Source: Cyanophora paradoxa CCMP329
Lineage: Eukaryota > Plantae > Glaucophyta
NCBI GenBank assembly: GCA_004431415.1
Contig: QPMI01000562.1
Span: 85,462 to 149,461, forward strand
Length of the DNA: 64,000 nucleotides
Direction of reading: 5' to 3'
The position numbers and the translations under genes were made by a program. The notes under the pieces were generated by a model. That model searched no databases. It was not told the DNA's origin and worked only from the letters and a program-made list of their open reading frames with translations. Positions 24,601-35,884 of this stretch are shown here, piece by piece; the stretch's first letter is position 1, and each line of letters opens with the position of its first letter.

Positions 24601-25309
24601 GCGGCGCGGATGCGCGGAAGGTCGCCAGCGGGCCGACTCGCAGCGAGATCTGGAGCGCCAGCGAGGGCTGTAGTCCGCAGCGCCACGCGCCAGCGACAGC
24701 ACTGCGGCAGCGGAAGCGCCAGCCTGGCAGTTGCAGCTGCAGCTCAGCGGCTGCGGTGTCGGGCGCCGCGGCGGAGGCTGAGGCCGGGCTGACTCGCACG
24801 CGCTCGGGAGCTGCAGTACTACTAGTAGTACTGGGGACTAGCTTACGTGCAGCCGGGCATGGCATGCGGCGATGCGCCGCGGCGCTGCTGATGCGCGCTG
24901 CGGGCCTAGCGATAGGCCTGCGGCAGCGGATTCTGAGCGCGGAAGCGCCCGGAAGCACCAGCCAGGTAGCTACCGCCGCAGCCTACCGGTAGCGACTACT
25001 AGCGAGCCTCGGAGACCGCGCGCCGGGCCGCCGGCGCGGCGCGCGCGCGCGCGCGGCCGCGGCCGCCGGCGCCGCGGGCCCGCGGCCGCGGGTTCGCGCG
25101 GAATCGCGCCCTCGCGGGTCCGCCGGTCCGGCCGGGACGTTTGTTGTTTTTTGTTTTTGTTTTGTTTTTAGGTCGAGTCAACCATTGAATTGACTAAAAT
25201 CGACCACAGACAAACAAAAAACAAAAACACTCTGCGATCGCGATCGATCGCGAGGCTGCATGCGCAGCGGGCACTCCGACGGAGTGCGGCCGCGGGGCCT
25301 GTAGAGCGA

Positions 25310-27150
25310 CGCGCCAGCGGTCCCCGACTCCCCGGAACTAGATCCGAGGACGGGGCCCGCAGCGGCGAGCGCCAGCGGGCCATCTCGCAGCGGTTCCGCC
25401 AGCGAGGCCGTACTCCGGGGTGGAGCTCGCCGGCCGCGGGCGCGGCCGGGGGCCTGCGGGGCAGGCCGGGGCCGCGGCGCGCCGCGCCAGCGGTCCCCGG
25501 AACTCCGAGGACGGGGCCCGCAGCGCGACGCGCCAGCGGGCCATCTCGCAGCGGTTCCGCCAGCGAGGCCGTACTCCGGGGTGGAGCTCGCCGGCCGCGG
25601 GCGCGGCCGGGGCCTGCGGGCAGGCCGGGACCGCGGCGCGCCGCGCCAGCGGTCCCCGGAACTCCGAGCACGGGGCCCGCAGCGCGACGCGCCAGCGGGC
25701 CATCTCGCAGCGGTTCCGCCAGCGAGGCCGTACTCCGGGGAGGAGCTCGCCGGCCGCGGGCGCGGCCGGGCCTGCGGGGCAGGCCGGGACCGCGGCGCGC
25801 CGCGCCAGCGGTCCCCGGAGCTCCGAGCACGGGGCCCGCAGCGCGACGCGCCAGCGGGCCATCTCGCAGCGGTTCCGCCAGCGAGGCCGTACTCCGGGGT
25901 GGAGCTCGCCGGCCGCGGGCGCGGCCGGGGCCTGCGGGCAGGCCGGGACCGCGGCGCGCCGCGCCAGCGGTCCCCGGAACTCCGAGCACGGGGCCCGCAG
26001 CGCGACGCGCCAGCGGGCCATCTCGCAGCGGTTCCGCCAGCGAGGCCGTACTCCGGGGTGGAGCTCGCCGGCCGCGGGCGCGGCCGGGGCCTGCGGGGCA
26101 GGCCGGGACCGCGGCGCGCCGCGCCAGCGGTCCCCGGAACTCCGAGCACGGGGCCCGCAGCGCGACGCGCCAGCGGGCCATCTCGCAGCGGTTCCGCCAG
26201 CGAGGCCGTACTCCGGGGAGGAGCTCGCCGGCCGCGGGCGCGGCCGGGGCCTGCGGGGCAGGGCGGGACCGCGGCGCGCCGCGCCAGCGGTCCCCGGAGC
26301 TCCGAGCACGGGGCCCGCAGCGCGACGCGCCAGCGGGCCATCTCGCAGCGGTTCCGCCAGCGAGGCCGTACTCCGGGGTGGAGCTCGCCGGCCGTGGGCG
26401 CGGCCGGGGCCTGCGGGGCAGGCCGGGACCGCGGCGCGCCGCGCCAGCGGTCCCCGGAACTCCGAGCACGGGCCCGCAGCGCGACGCGCCAGCGGGCCAT
26501 CTCGCAGCGGTTCCGCCAGCGAGGCCGTACTCCGGGGTGGAGCTCGCCGGCCGCGGGCGCGGCCGGGGGCCTGCGGGGCAGGCCGGGGCCGCGGCGCGCC
26601 GCGCCAGCGGTCCCCGGAACTCCGAGGACGGGGCCCGCAGCGCGACGCGCTAGCGGGCCATCTCGCAGCGGTTCCGCCAGCGAGGCCGTACTCCGGGGTG
26701 GAGCTCGCCGGCCGCGGGCGCGGCCGGGGCCTGCGGGGCAGGCCGGGACCGCGGCGCGCCGCGCCAGCGGTCCCCGGAACTCCGAGCACGGGGCCCGCAG
26801 CGCGACGCGCCAGCGGGCCATCTCGCAGCGGTTCCGCCAGCGAGGCCGTACTCCGGGGTGGAGCTCGCCGGCCGCGGGCGCGGCCGGGGCCTGCGGGGCA
26901 GGCCGGGACCGCGGCGCGCCGCGCCAGCGGTCCCCGGAACTCCGAGGACGGGGCCCGCAGCGCGACGCGCCAGCGGGCCATCTCGCAGCGGTTCCGCCAG
27001 CGAGGCCGTACTCCGGGGGGAGCTCGCCGGCCGCGGCGCGGCCGGGGCCTGCGGGGCAGGCCGGGACCGCGGCGCGCCGCGCCAGCGGTCCCCGGAACTC
27101 CGAGGACGGGGCCCGCAGCGAGGCGCCAGCGGGCCGACTCGCAGCGAGGC
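25310..27150. repeat. 160-bp GC-rich tandem array, ~11 near-identical copies
   Basis: catctcgcag at 25381, 25542, 25701, 25860, 26019, 26179, 26339, 26498, 26659, 26819 and 26979. Confidence 0.95.
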
Positions 27151-28105
27151 GCCAGCGAGAACCGTACTCCGTCGCCACCCGAGCCGCGCGGGCGGCCGGG
27201 CACCGTCCGTCGGTGGATCACGCGTAAGGCACGATCCAAGCCCCGACGGTGCGGTGGGCCTGCAGCGCGAGCGCCAGCAGGCCGGGGCGTTCCTGCGCGA
27301 GCTCCGCCGGCGTGGCGCGGCGGCGGCGTCCGGTTCGAGCGCCGAGGAGCTCCCGGATCATGCGCGCAGGGAATGGTCAGGGATCCGGAGGAATCGCGCG
27401 GCGGGTCTCAATACACGCTTATAGAGTGTATAGGCAAGCCGGCGGCCGCGGACTGACGGTGGGCCCCCGGGATAGCCAGCGCGCGCTGGATGCGAGCGTG
27501 GCGGGCGGGCCCGGACGTGAATCCACGTACCGGCACGGCAGTAAGGCACCAGATTCAAGCGTGAATCGGGGCCCGGGGCCGATTCCGGGAGGATCGCTGG
27601 GAACAGGGTTTGCTCCGGCCAGCCAACGAGGCAGAACTGCTTCACAGTTGCTGCCGCGGGATCACGCTCCACTGCAGCTAGCCATGGTGCTGCAGAGTTG
27701 GGTCGGCTCCGTGCAATAGGAGGGACGGCCGAGATGTGCGGCCGCCGGTCCGACAGGGCTGTTTAGGAGTGATTGCTGTGCTGGCTGTGGCGATTTCGCT
27801 TCGCCGCTGGTCGCTTCGTGGCCTGGAGCGGCCGCGAGCGAAGCAGGGCGTGAAGGGAAACCCCGAATCAGCGTACCCCCCGGAGCTCGGCGGCTTCAAG
27901 CCCGCCGGCTCGGCCCAACGGCTAGCTCAGCTAGTCCCTTGCGGGGCGCTCGCTGCCGCCTGCTGCTCATCCCGTGCTCGCCTCGCGCCGCTCTGCGGCT
28001 AGCGAGTCGCTCAGCTCTTTCGTGCCTGGCGTTCGGCTACGGTCTTCTTTACTCGCATTCAGTCGGCGCAAAACTCGATTTACGCATTGAGAGCGCAAAT
28101 CCCGA

Positions 28106-28738
28106 GCACCGCGATGACGGGAATGGCACTCGGCGCTGCAGCACTCAGCGCAGTCTCGGCGATCGTGCCGCCCGTGCCATCGCGAGGTCGCCGTGGATCA
28201 GTGTATGCCTCGGGAATCCCGCCTCGCAGAAGATCGAGTGTGAGTCCCGAAGCCGCCCGGACGGCGGCCGCGGCAGAGAGCCGGGCGAGGAAGTTCAGTA
28301 CCGCATCCGTCGGGGCAGAATCGCCGACGAGCGAACGACGCGACAAGCGCCGCTCCAGCGTCCACTCGACGAGCTCCAATGCGGGCCGCACGCACAGCTA
28401 TAGCCCCGTCAGGCGCCGCGGGTCGCTTGCGTACGCTTCCGGCGTCCCGCCGGGAGGGAGGCGTCCATCGGAAACGCCCTCCAAACACGGCGCATCCGAG
28501 CCTCTCTCCGCCAGCGACATCTACCTCCATCTCGCGCAGCAGCGGAGGCGCTGCAGCGTTGACCCCGCTTCGTTCGATCACGCTGCGGCGGCGGCTGCCG
28601 CGACTGCCGCCGTCGCGGCGGAGCGCGCCCTGCAGCTCGCCAGGCCGAGCGTTGACAAGACGTCCACGTCTAGTCACCCAGGTCATCATCACAGTGCTCG
28701 GCGCATCGCCCATTCTGAACGCCACTACATCCCATCGT
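28106..28738 (+). CDS. Host gene part 3: low-complexity Ser/Arg/Ala-rich exon segment
   Basis: In frame with the exon starting at 16458 (..GDGAAM|GTAMTGMALG..) and with 40206 (..RHYIPS|SHFYNWG..). Confidence 0.85.
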
Positions 28739-29142
28739 AGCTCAGCACTGCGCCGTGTCTCCAAAAAAATACCCGCGAAAAAATCAAAAACAAATCAGAA
28801 AACAAACCATTCCCAGTAACCCAATCTTGAATATCAGTAAATCTCAGTAAGCCTCAGTAACAAAAATTGAATTAATCGAAGTTATATCATAATCTCGATT
28901 AATTATATCTTATCGAAGTTATATCTTTTTTATGCGCCGTGTCTCCAAAACAATTCCCAAGAAAAACAAACCATTCACAGTAACCCAATTCCAAATCTCA
29001 CTAAATCTCAGTAAGCCTCAGTAACAAAAATCGAATTAATCGAAGTTATATCTTAAATCTTATTTATCGAAGTTATATCATAATCTCGATTAATTATATT
29101 TAATCGAAGTTATTTCCTTTTTATCCGCCGTGTCTCCCATGA
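28739..29142 (+). repeat. Left TIR of PLV-1 (404 bp, with internal ~185-bp direct subrepeats)
   Basis: Reverse complement of 39797-40200 with few mismatches. cgccgtgtctcc occurs three times (~28751, ~28935, ~29126). Confidence 0.95.
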
Positions 29143-29235
29143 TTTAGCGTTTCGTTAAACCACTTCTCAGATTGTATCTTCTCCTTACAACATTACTTCG
29201 ATTGGGTTTTATGCCTTCCTTTGCTACCAATCGAT

Positions 29236-30203
29236 TCACTTTATTCGTCTTATTAACCTGCTGAATTCTTTTTTGCGATGGATCTTTATGATATCATCTT
29301 TATTCACCTTTTGCAATTCTTGCTTCTTAAATCTCCTCTTCACTTCTTTCGTTTCCTCACCATCATTATCTTCAAGCACTTTGAAACGATTCCTATCAGC
29401 CTTTGCAACAGTGTAGACCTTCTGACTGAATTGCGCACCTTCTTTTTCAAATAACCCCTTTGGTTGCAAAACTCGAACTGTGTCTCCTGGTTTCACTTGA
29501 TTAGTATCAGCCTCCTTTACACGATTGTTGTGAACAGTATCCCTCATGTAAATAAATAACTGTTTATCTTCATTTGTATACACTGCATTTGGAGAGTCAT
29601 TTTTCAATGCAGAATGGGGACTGCTATTATACAAGTCAATTACATCACTAAGTAGATCGATCCATTTCGTGGTTCCCTTTGCTGTCATCGATTTTCTGAG
29701 ATACTGTTTGAAAGTCCTAGTGAACCTATCAATTATCCCCAGTTTATCTCCTACTGTGATGTGGTCATCCTTTGCCACATCTGTGTATAGCATTACACCA
29801 TGTTCACTGCACCAATTTCGGTATACTGCCTGGGAAAACTCATTATCCCAGAGAGAGCATTAACTTTGCCTGCTTCTTGCTTGAACCTATTTAAAATGCT
29901 CGGGATCTCACTGCTGTTTTTAAAAGGATAAACAAATCCTTTGCGACTAAGTATGTCTACGAAACTAAGCATTTTGAAAATGCCATTGTTGGCAGTCTGA
30001 AACCCTCTGAAATATGTTATATCGATTTGAAACGATCTAGGCTTTGCCACTATGCGAAGAAACGATTTGGGTTTCCTTGGTTTCTTGTAAATTTGCTGGA
30101 GTTCTGAGTTTTTGAACTTCTTTTTCAACTCTTTTTCATCAAAACTCACTTTTTCATTAATCAGTTTCTGCCTATACTTTTTGAATGATAATACACTATC
30201 CAT
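29236..30203 (-). CDS. Retroviral-like (rve) integrase, Polinton type; one frameshift near 29848
   Basis: FQIDI..FVDILSRKGF, SG-(shift)-DNEF, LGIIDRFTRTFK, WIDLLSDVIDLYNSSPHSAL, and C-terminal KPGDTVRV. Confidence 0.92.
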
Positions 30204-33200
30204 TATTGGGCGGCACAGTTACACTTAATATGAGAGAGGAAACAATTTTTGGTAATGTGAGCCACAGCATTATTAATTCGATCTACCGAAATATCTTCAA
30301 AGTCCATGGCATTGTAGCATCGCAGGCAATGCCCATACTGCTTCCCATATCGCTGCTTGATCCAATCCCATGTGATGTAATCATGCTCATCGAATTGTCT
30401 GTTTGCTGCTCGGTCCTGATCCTTGTAAGTCGAAATCTTCTCGTTATTCTCTCTTTTCCACACTTTCCAGTGAGCCATTTCGAAATTATCATGGTAAATA
30501 ACAACATCATCCAGCCTTGTGGTTCGAGTGAGAGCAACATATAGCCACTTCTTTGAAACAAATGGCGCCCCAGTTTCGAACACGACTACCCTGTTCCCTT
30601 TGCAGCGAATCGTATCACCTTGAACAACATGGCAGGTGTTTGCGTAAGCCAGGGCGAAATGTTTGACTGCATCCCTGCTGAGAACAATCTCATCCTTCTT
30701 GTTGGCAATGTCAGCAATAATGAAACTGTCCTTTGAGAGCTTGACAATCTTGTAGACAAATCCATTATGAACTATCTTCCCACCCTTTGCAATACGAGTC
30801 TTTGCAACAACTTTGATCCCGCCAGCATAAATGGAAACATTATCCCCGTAGTTCATTTTGTGAAGGGCTAGGTTCACCTCTGCACCCTTGCGGTTTGTAT
30901 ACACAATGCCTTTATCTGTCTTTGCCAATTCGTCCACAACCTTGAACCCGTACTTTGCTAGGACCTCACTTACACTCAAACCTTTCTCGAATAAATCAAT
31001 TCGAATTTGCTCAACCTTTCTGCGATCTTCCTCAGTCTCATGGCGCTTGTTCACTTGGAGTAACAATTCGTTGGGGAACAGGCGATGGAGGATATCAAGG
31101 TAATACTCATCTTGATCAACACTCATATCCTGAATGGGTGGGTTCTGATACGGGTCACCTGTGGCAATGTATACCTTATCTGGGAACTGCTCATTCATGA
31201 TGTGGTCCAGGGCTGCCAGTTCTCCAATCTTAAACTGACAGATCTCATCAATAACAATGCAATCAAATTCTACCAAACCAGATGCATTCCCTCCTACGAT
31301 TTCATCCATGTTCGACTCATCGATTTTGAGATGAAGGGCATCATAGATTGTCTTCACATTTTTCAATCCTTGCTCTTTCATTTCCTTCACTCGCTTGTTG
31401 GTCGGAACAATATAGAGGGGATTTTTGAAACGCTTCCCATATTCAACTGTCATGTGAGTCTTTCCAACTCCTGGAACTGATCCGAGAAGAACCCATCGTT
31501 TTTGTGTAGCCAGCAAATCACAAATCGCGGTTGTGTCATACTCATCAACCACAGAGTGTTTGGTATAACTGTAGTTCTCGATTTTCACAAAGTCAGTCGC
31601 TCTCTCAAACTTTCCGTAACGAATTCGTTTTGCCTCGAGGTCTTTCTTCTCACCTGAAAACTTTTTAGAAAAATTGGGGCAGCATTTCACACTGAATTTT
31701 CCAATATTCTCAAAGGCATTGCGATCGAATGACACTGGGGCAATGGGTTCATAAGCGATCCCATAAACACAATCGGTGTTCAAAGCGAGTGGTCGGATCT
31801 GCTGTTTAGCGAGTTCGACACACTTCTCATACATACACATCCTCATAATTGACAAGAGGGTAGTGTACAATGGCATGAAGCCATCAATGAGCTGCTTTTC
31901 TGCTACCTGATTGACATAGTAGATATGGGGTTCGGTCATCTCTTCCTCACACAGAACGAACTCTGTCTCCTCATAAGTGGCAAGAGTCTCACCAAAGAGG
32001 TAAATTTTAACCTCCCCTCCGTTCTGTTTCTGGAACTCGATCGCATCGTCTCTGTTGTGGAAAATGGTGGTTTTCACTCTGCTATTTCGTTGCTTTCCAG
32101 TTTGCCCAATTGCACTCACCAAGATCTGCTTCTTATCAACAGGATCGAGGTCGCTATCTAAGATTCGAGCAACTGTGTTGCCTGCAAGGTTGGGAATGAG
32201 TTTGTAAGGTCGCAGAACCGCTTTGATGGAGATGTCATCCTTGAAATCCTCGAAATGCTTTTTGAGAACCAAACCAGGAACGACATTGTACTTGGAATCA
32301 ATGATCATCCTCTTGTATCTGTTGTAGGTGTTTGCTTCGTACTCCTTTCCGTTCTTGTCTTTGGCTTTGAAAAAGTATTTGTCGTCCAGTTTCACGTAAT
32401 AGAAGCTGTATTCCTCGATTTGCTCTGCATCTGTGATTGTCACACTCTTGAAGACATCGAACTTGCTGAGAACAGGAACGAATTTGATCATCAAGGCTAC
32501 AATGTAAGGGTATGCTTTGCACATATCGAACTCGTAAATATCTGTGTTATAGCGAATTTCATCAAAGGTCTCCTCATCCACATCAAAGAGACCACGAAGG
32601 GCAGTCTGCACTCCATTCTTGAATGCATTTATGGTTTGCTCATTGTAAGTACTCTTGTTGGAAGTGTTGATTAGAGACCTATACATATCCAGATTTAGTT
32701 TCTCGAATTTATCTCTGTACTCAGCATTCTTGAAGCTAATCTCGAAAGCTGTTTCCACATCTGTATCGTTACCAGGTGGGGTCACGACAACATCCTTATC
32801 GTCAATAGTGAAACGAATATGGGTTGCCTTTCCGATTTGGGAGAACCCAGGTTGGACCTGATAATTATGCACCACAATGAACTCTCTGAGTAGTTCATCC
32901 AGTGAACCACCATAGCAGATTCGAATGCTCGATTGGTTCTTTGGATTGTCAGACCTGACAATTCTCAGAATGTCATCGGGATTTGTGGCAAACTCCTTGA
33001 ACCTTCTTTGCTTTATAATCTTGTAACGAGAACTGAGTGGAACATTGGTATCTTTTGGCTTGGAGCCATTGAAGGACTGTGTGAGAGCCTTAATATTGTG
33101 ATTTAACAAATACATGTGACCATTCTCAATCTTCACATATGCAACAGAAGGGGTCAAGTGTGTGTTCCTGGTCTTGGGCAGGAAAGTCAGTTCAGGGACA

Positions 33201-34251
33201 GGGGTCCTGTCGTCCTTTCCAATTGTAACCATGCCTAGGCGCAGTGGGTCAAGAACCTTCTCCGAAATGGACTTGAAAGAAATGCCCCAATCATCTCCTT
33301 CAACAGGGTCGCGCCCATTTACCATCTTAAAAAGTCCATTGTAAGACCAATCGATGCGCTTGTATTTCCCTTTGGTCTTAGCCTTCTCAAATGCTCCTCC
33401 AAACCATTTGATGAGGACATCGAAAACACACTTGCCAACCTTGAATGAGTTGCCTTTCAAGAACATTTCCCTGAATGTAGTGGCTTGGGGTTCCCTTCGT
33501 TTTTAATGAAATTCGAAATAATCATGGAGCGTTTGTATTGTCTCTGAGGACTTGTTCATTTCTTGGGATGTATTCTTCATTATCTGTCGTGATGACTCTT
33601 TCAATTGTCATAATATCAGGGTAGGTATCTTGCTCAATTAGTTTTAGGTAGCGGAAATCTTGATTGTTCGAGTTAAACTCAATAACTGCTGCAATAAATT
33701 CAGCAATGACAGTCCCTCAACACATGGGAACGTATTGAAGGTGGATTGAACCAGACCGAGAGCATTCAGAAAAGCTGCCTTGGTACACTGGATACCAAAG
33801 GGCGATTGTTCCGAAGCCTCTTCGATTCGATGTAGGTCACACCATTCTCAGTCACTCTGTTCGCATTTGCGGGAGCCTGTTCGCCCTCTTGCAACTCACG
33901 GAAGAGTCTCACATTCAGGGTGACCATGTTTCCAGGTGAGTTTTCAACAAACTCACGAAGGTTAGCCATCATCTGCTGGAAAGGAGTCAATCGCTTCCGC
34001 TCCCTCGCTTGCTCTGCTTTCTTGTTTTGCTTCTCAACATTCTTAGCGGCTCTCTCAGCCCTCTTCTCCTTCTTCTCTTGCTTGCGGACCACACGAGGAT
34101 TGATGATACCATTGAGAGTATCGCGAATATCAATCAATGATTGCAAGCGGAGCCTGCGGTTGATCGTCCTTTCCGAAAAGTAATTCACTTGCTCCTCGCT
34201 CAGAATCTTATTTGCAATTCTGTTTCCAGGGCGAGGCATTTCTTCGTTCAC
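30203..34251 (-). CDS. Family-B DNA polymerase-like / SF1 (RecD/Pif1-like) helicase / HNH-like fusion; 5' part (33467-34251) frameshifted
   Basis: PolB-like motifs A FDMCKAYP, B KQILVSAIG and C NTDCV. Helicase GVGKT, IVIDE, GDPYQNPP, TCHVVQGDT and YVALTR. C-terminal CLRC..SVDRINN..H..N..CN. Confidence 0.85.
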
Positions 34252-34480
34252 TCTATTAATATATACCTACAAAAGTTTTCCTTAAATACTTTTATACTCG
34301 CGTCAATTTTTTCCGGCAAAACCAAAAGTCTCCGACAAAATAAATTTAGTCGAGGGCATTCATAAAAATAACAAAGGGTTGGCTCGATCATCGAACTCTA
34401 AAAATAACAGAATGATTATATTTGTGGTTCCAGCGCGTTTCCCACGGGTTTCTCAGAGCAGATCGCGCTGAGAAAAACGA

Positions 34481-34737
34481 TTAACAGAGATATTTCGATT
34501 TGCGACCACGGTTAGAATACGGGACACCATAGAGATACTTCACAAAGCAGACTGCATTGGAAGCATAGAGACGCTGGGAACTCTCAACGATCTTCATGGC
34601 TCTGTAACACTCATCAGTATGGTATAAGTCACGCATTTGCTTTGCAAATCTGGCATTGTACTTTTCAAATATTCCTGACCTTTTTCAGTTTTACGATAAC
34701 GATAAGTAGCACGCTTCTGAGCCTCACTGATTGGCAT
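34481..34737 (-). CDS. Small basic hypothetical protein (one frameshift), homologous to 63694-63945
   Basis: MPISEAQKRATYRYRKTEKG..RDLYHTDECYRAMKI..NAVCFV; not in the ORF track. Confidence 0.7.
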
Positions 34738-35086
34738 GTTGTCCTTTTCTACTCTCTTAATATATGTTAAGAAATCTTTAAGTAGTTTTTCTGTCTGTAT
34801 ATAGCGAATAAACTCCTGTCAAATTTTGGTCCCGATTGCAGAGCATCCAGTACGAAAGAAGATGCTGGAAAAATGATAAAGCCACCGATACCCAGAAGGT
34901 TCACTTGTCGGCTGCAAGTTTCTACCACTGAACCCGGTAGAACAGGTGATTAAAGTGATTTACCTATGGATATTTCACTTCGCTCTACAACGCCTCCATA
35001 AAAATGAAGAAGTTTTGAGCCTACGGGATAGGATTGGTTACGTAGCGCTAACAATGTTTGAGAAATTATATTATTCAGATTGATCC

Positions 35087-35848
35087 TTAACGGCGATAAC
35101 CGGGTCTTATACCAAGCTTGGCGAATCCAGAGACCATTGGGGCAGCATTTGGAATCGAGTTGACTGGATCAGCCTGCGAAGTGGCAACCCGAAGGATCGA
35201 CTTATTGAGAACCGGCAAATCCGTTTTGTTGGAGTCTTGATACTCAATGGTCTTTGCAATCAATTCTGTAGGTGAGTCTTTTGCCACATGAACAGGTTCG
35301 GGAATAACTTCATGGGTTACTTCTGGTTTCTTCTCAACCTTTTCCTTTGTGATTGGCTGTTCCTTGATCTTGTTTTCGTTTTTGGTCTCTGCTGCAATAC
35401 CATCAACAAGACTCTTAGCATACTGATATGTTACAGATTTCAGTCCACCAGTGGTTGAACGAATAAAGTAGCGGTTGCGATGGTCTTTCTCGGAATAGGT
35501 TGAGTAGAGTCGCTCACCACCATCAAGCAGTTTCAGCAGTGTCGATGATGAGGCAACCTTGTCCTTTGTGGATGATTTGAACTGTCCTTTCTTGATTCCT
35601 CGTTTGGCTCCGGGCATGCGGTTCAGTGGGACTTGGTCAACAAGGGCATTATCATCATTACTGTTTTTCGTAGTGGCTTGGGTGAATTGGTTTCGTTCTT
35701 TATGGACTTCCTTTTCGAGGTCACCAGTTCCGTATGCAGCGAGTCCTTTCGATTTCTTATACCAGTTCCTTCCATTCTCACCATTGCCAACATCCGCTTC
35801 AGCGGCTGGTTTGGCTAAGAAATTCTTGGGTTGAGTCTTGCGAGCCAT
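35087..35848 (-). CDS. Hypothetical Lys-rich protein (possible core protein)
   Basis: Intact 253-aa ATG ORF next to the penton gene; no recognised motif. Confidence 0.65.
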   Translation of the reverse strand: MARKTQPKNFLAKPAAEADVGNGENGRNWYKKSKGLAAYGTGDLEKEVHKERNQFTQATTKNSNDDNALVDQVPLNRMPGAKRGIKKGQFKSSTKDKVASSSTLLKLLDGGERLYSTYSEKDHRNRYFIRSTTGGLKSVTYQYAKSLVDGIAAETKNENKIKEQPITKEKVEKKPEVTHEVIPEPVHVAKDSPTELIAKTIEYQDSNKTDLPVLNKSILRVATSQADPVNSIPNAAPMVSGFAKLGIRPGYRR

Positions 35849-35884
35849 TTGTAATATTGAAACAAATTTATTCTACAGTATTTC

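Larger units (their letters stand above)
16528..28105 (-). mobile_element. Element 2: non-autonomous YR-retrotransposon derivative filled with tandem arrays
   Basis: A1 27790-28105, B1 18058-18606, A2 17742-18057, spacer, B2 16528-17085, in the same order as element 1. No RT or YR motifs inside. Flanks rejoin in frame (ATG G|GC ACC GCG ATG). Confidence 0.93.

Noticed and set aside
19020-27460. Many long overlapping Arg/Ala/Pro/Gly ORFs (also 2818-4600)
   Set aside because: They arise from stop-poor GC-rich tandem repeats, are open in several frames on both strands, and the unit lengths (139, 160) are not multiples of three.
896-28105. One giant 27-kb TIR element, or an inverted host segment between B2 copies
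   Set aside because: The inverted A and B repeats come from two independent tail-to-tail insertions; the host frame is colinear across each separate junction.
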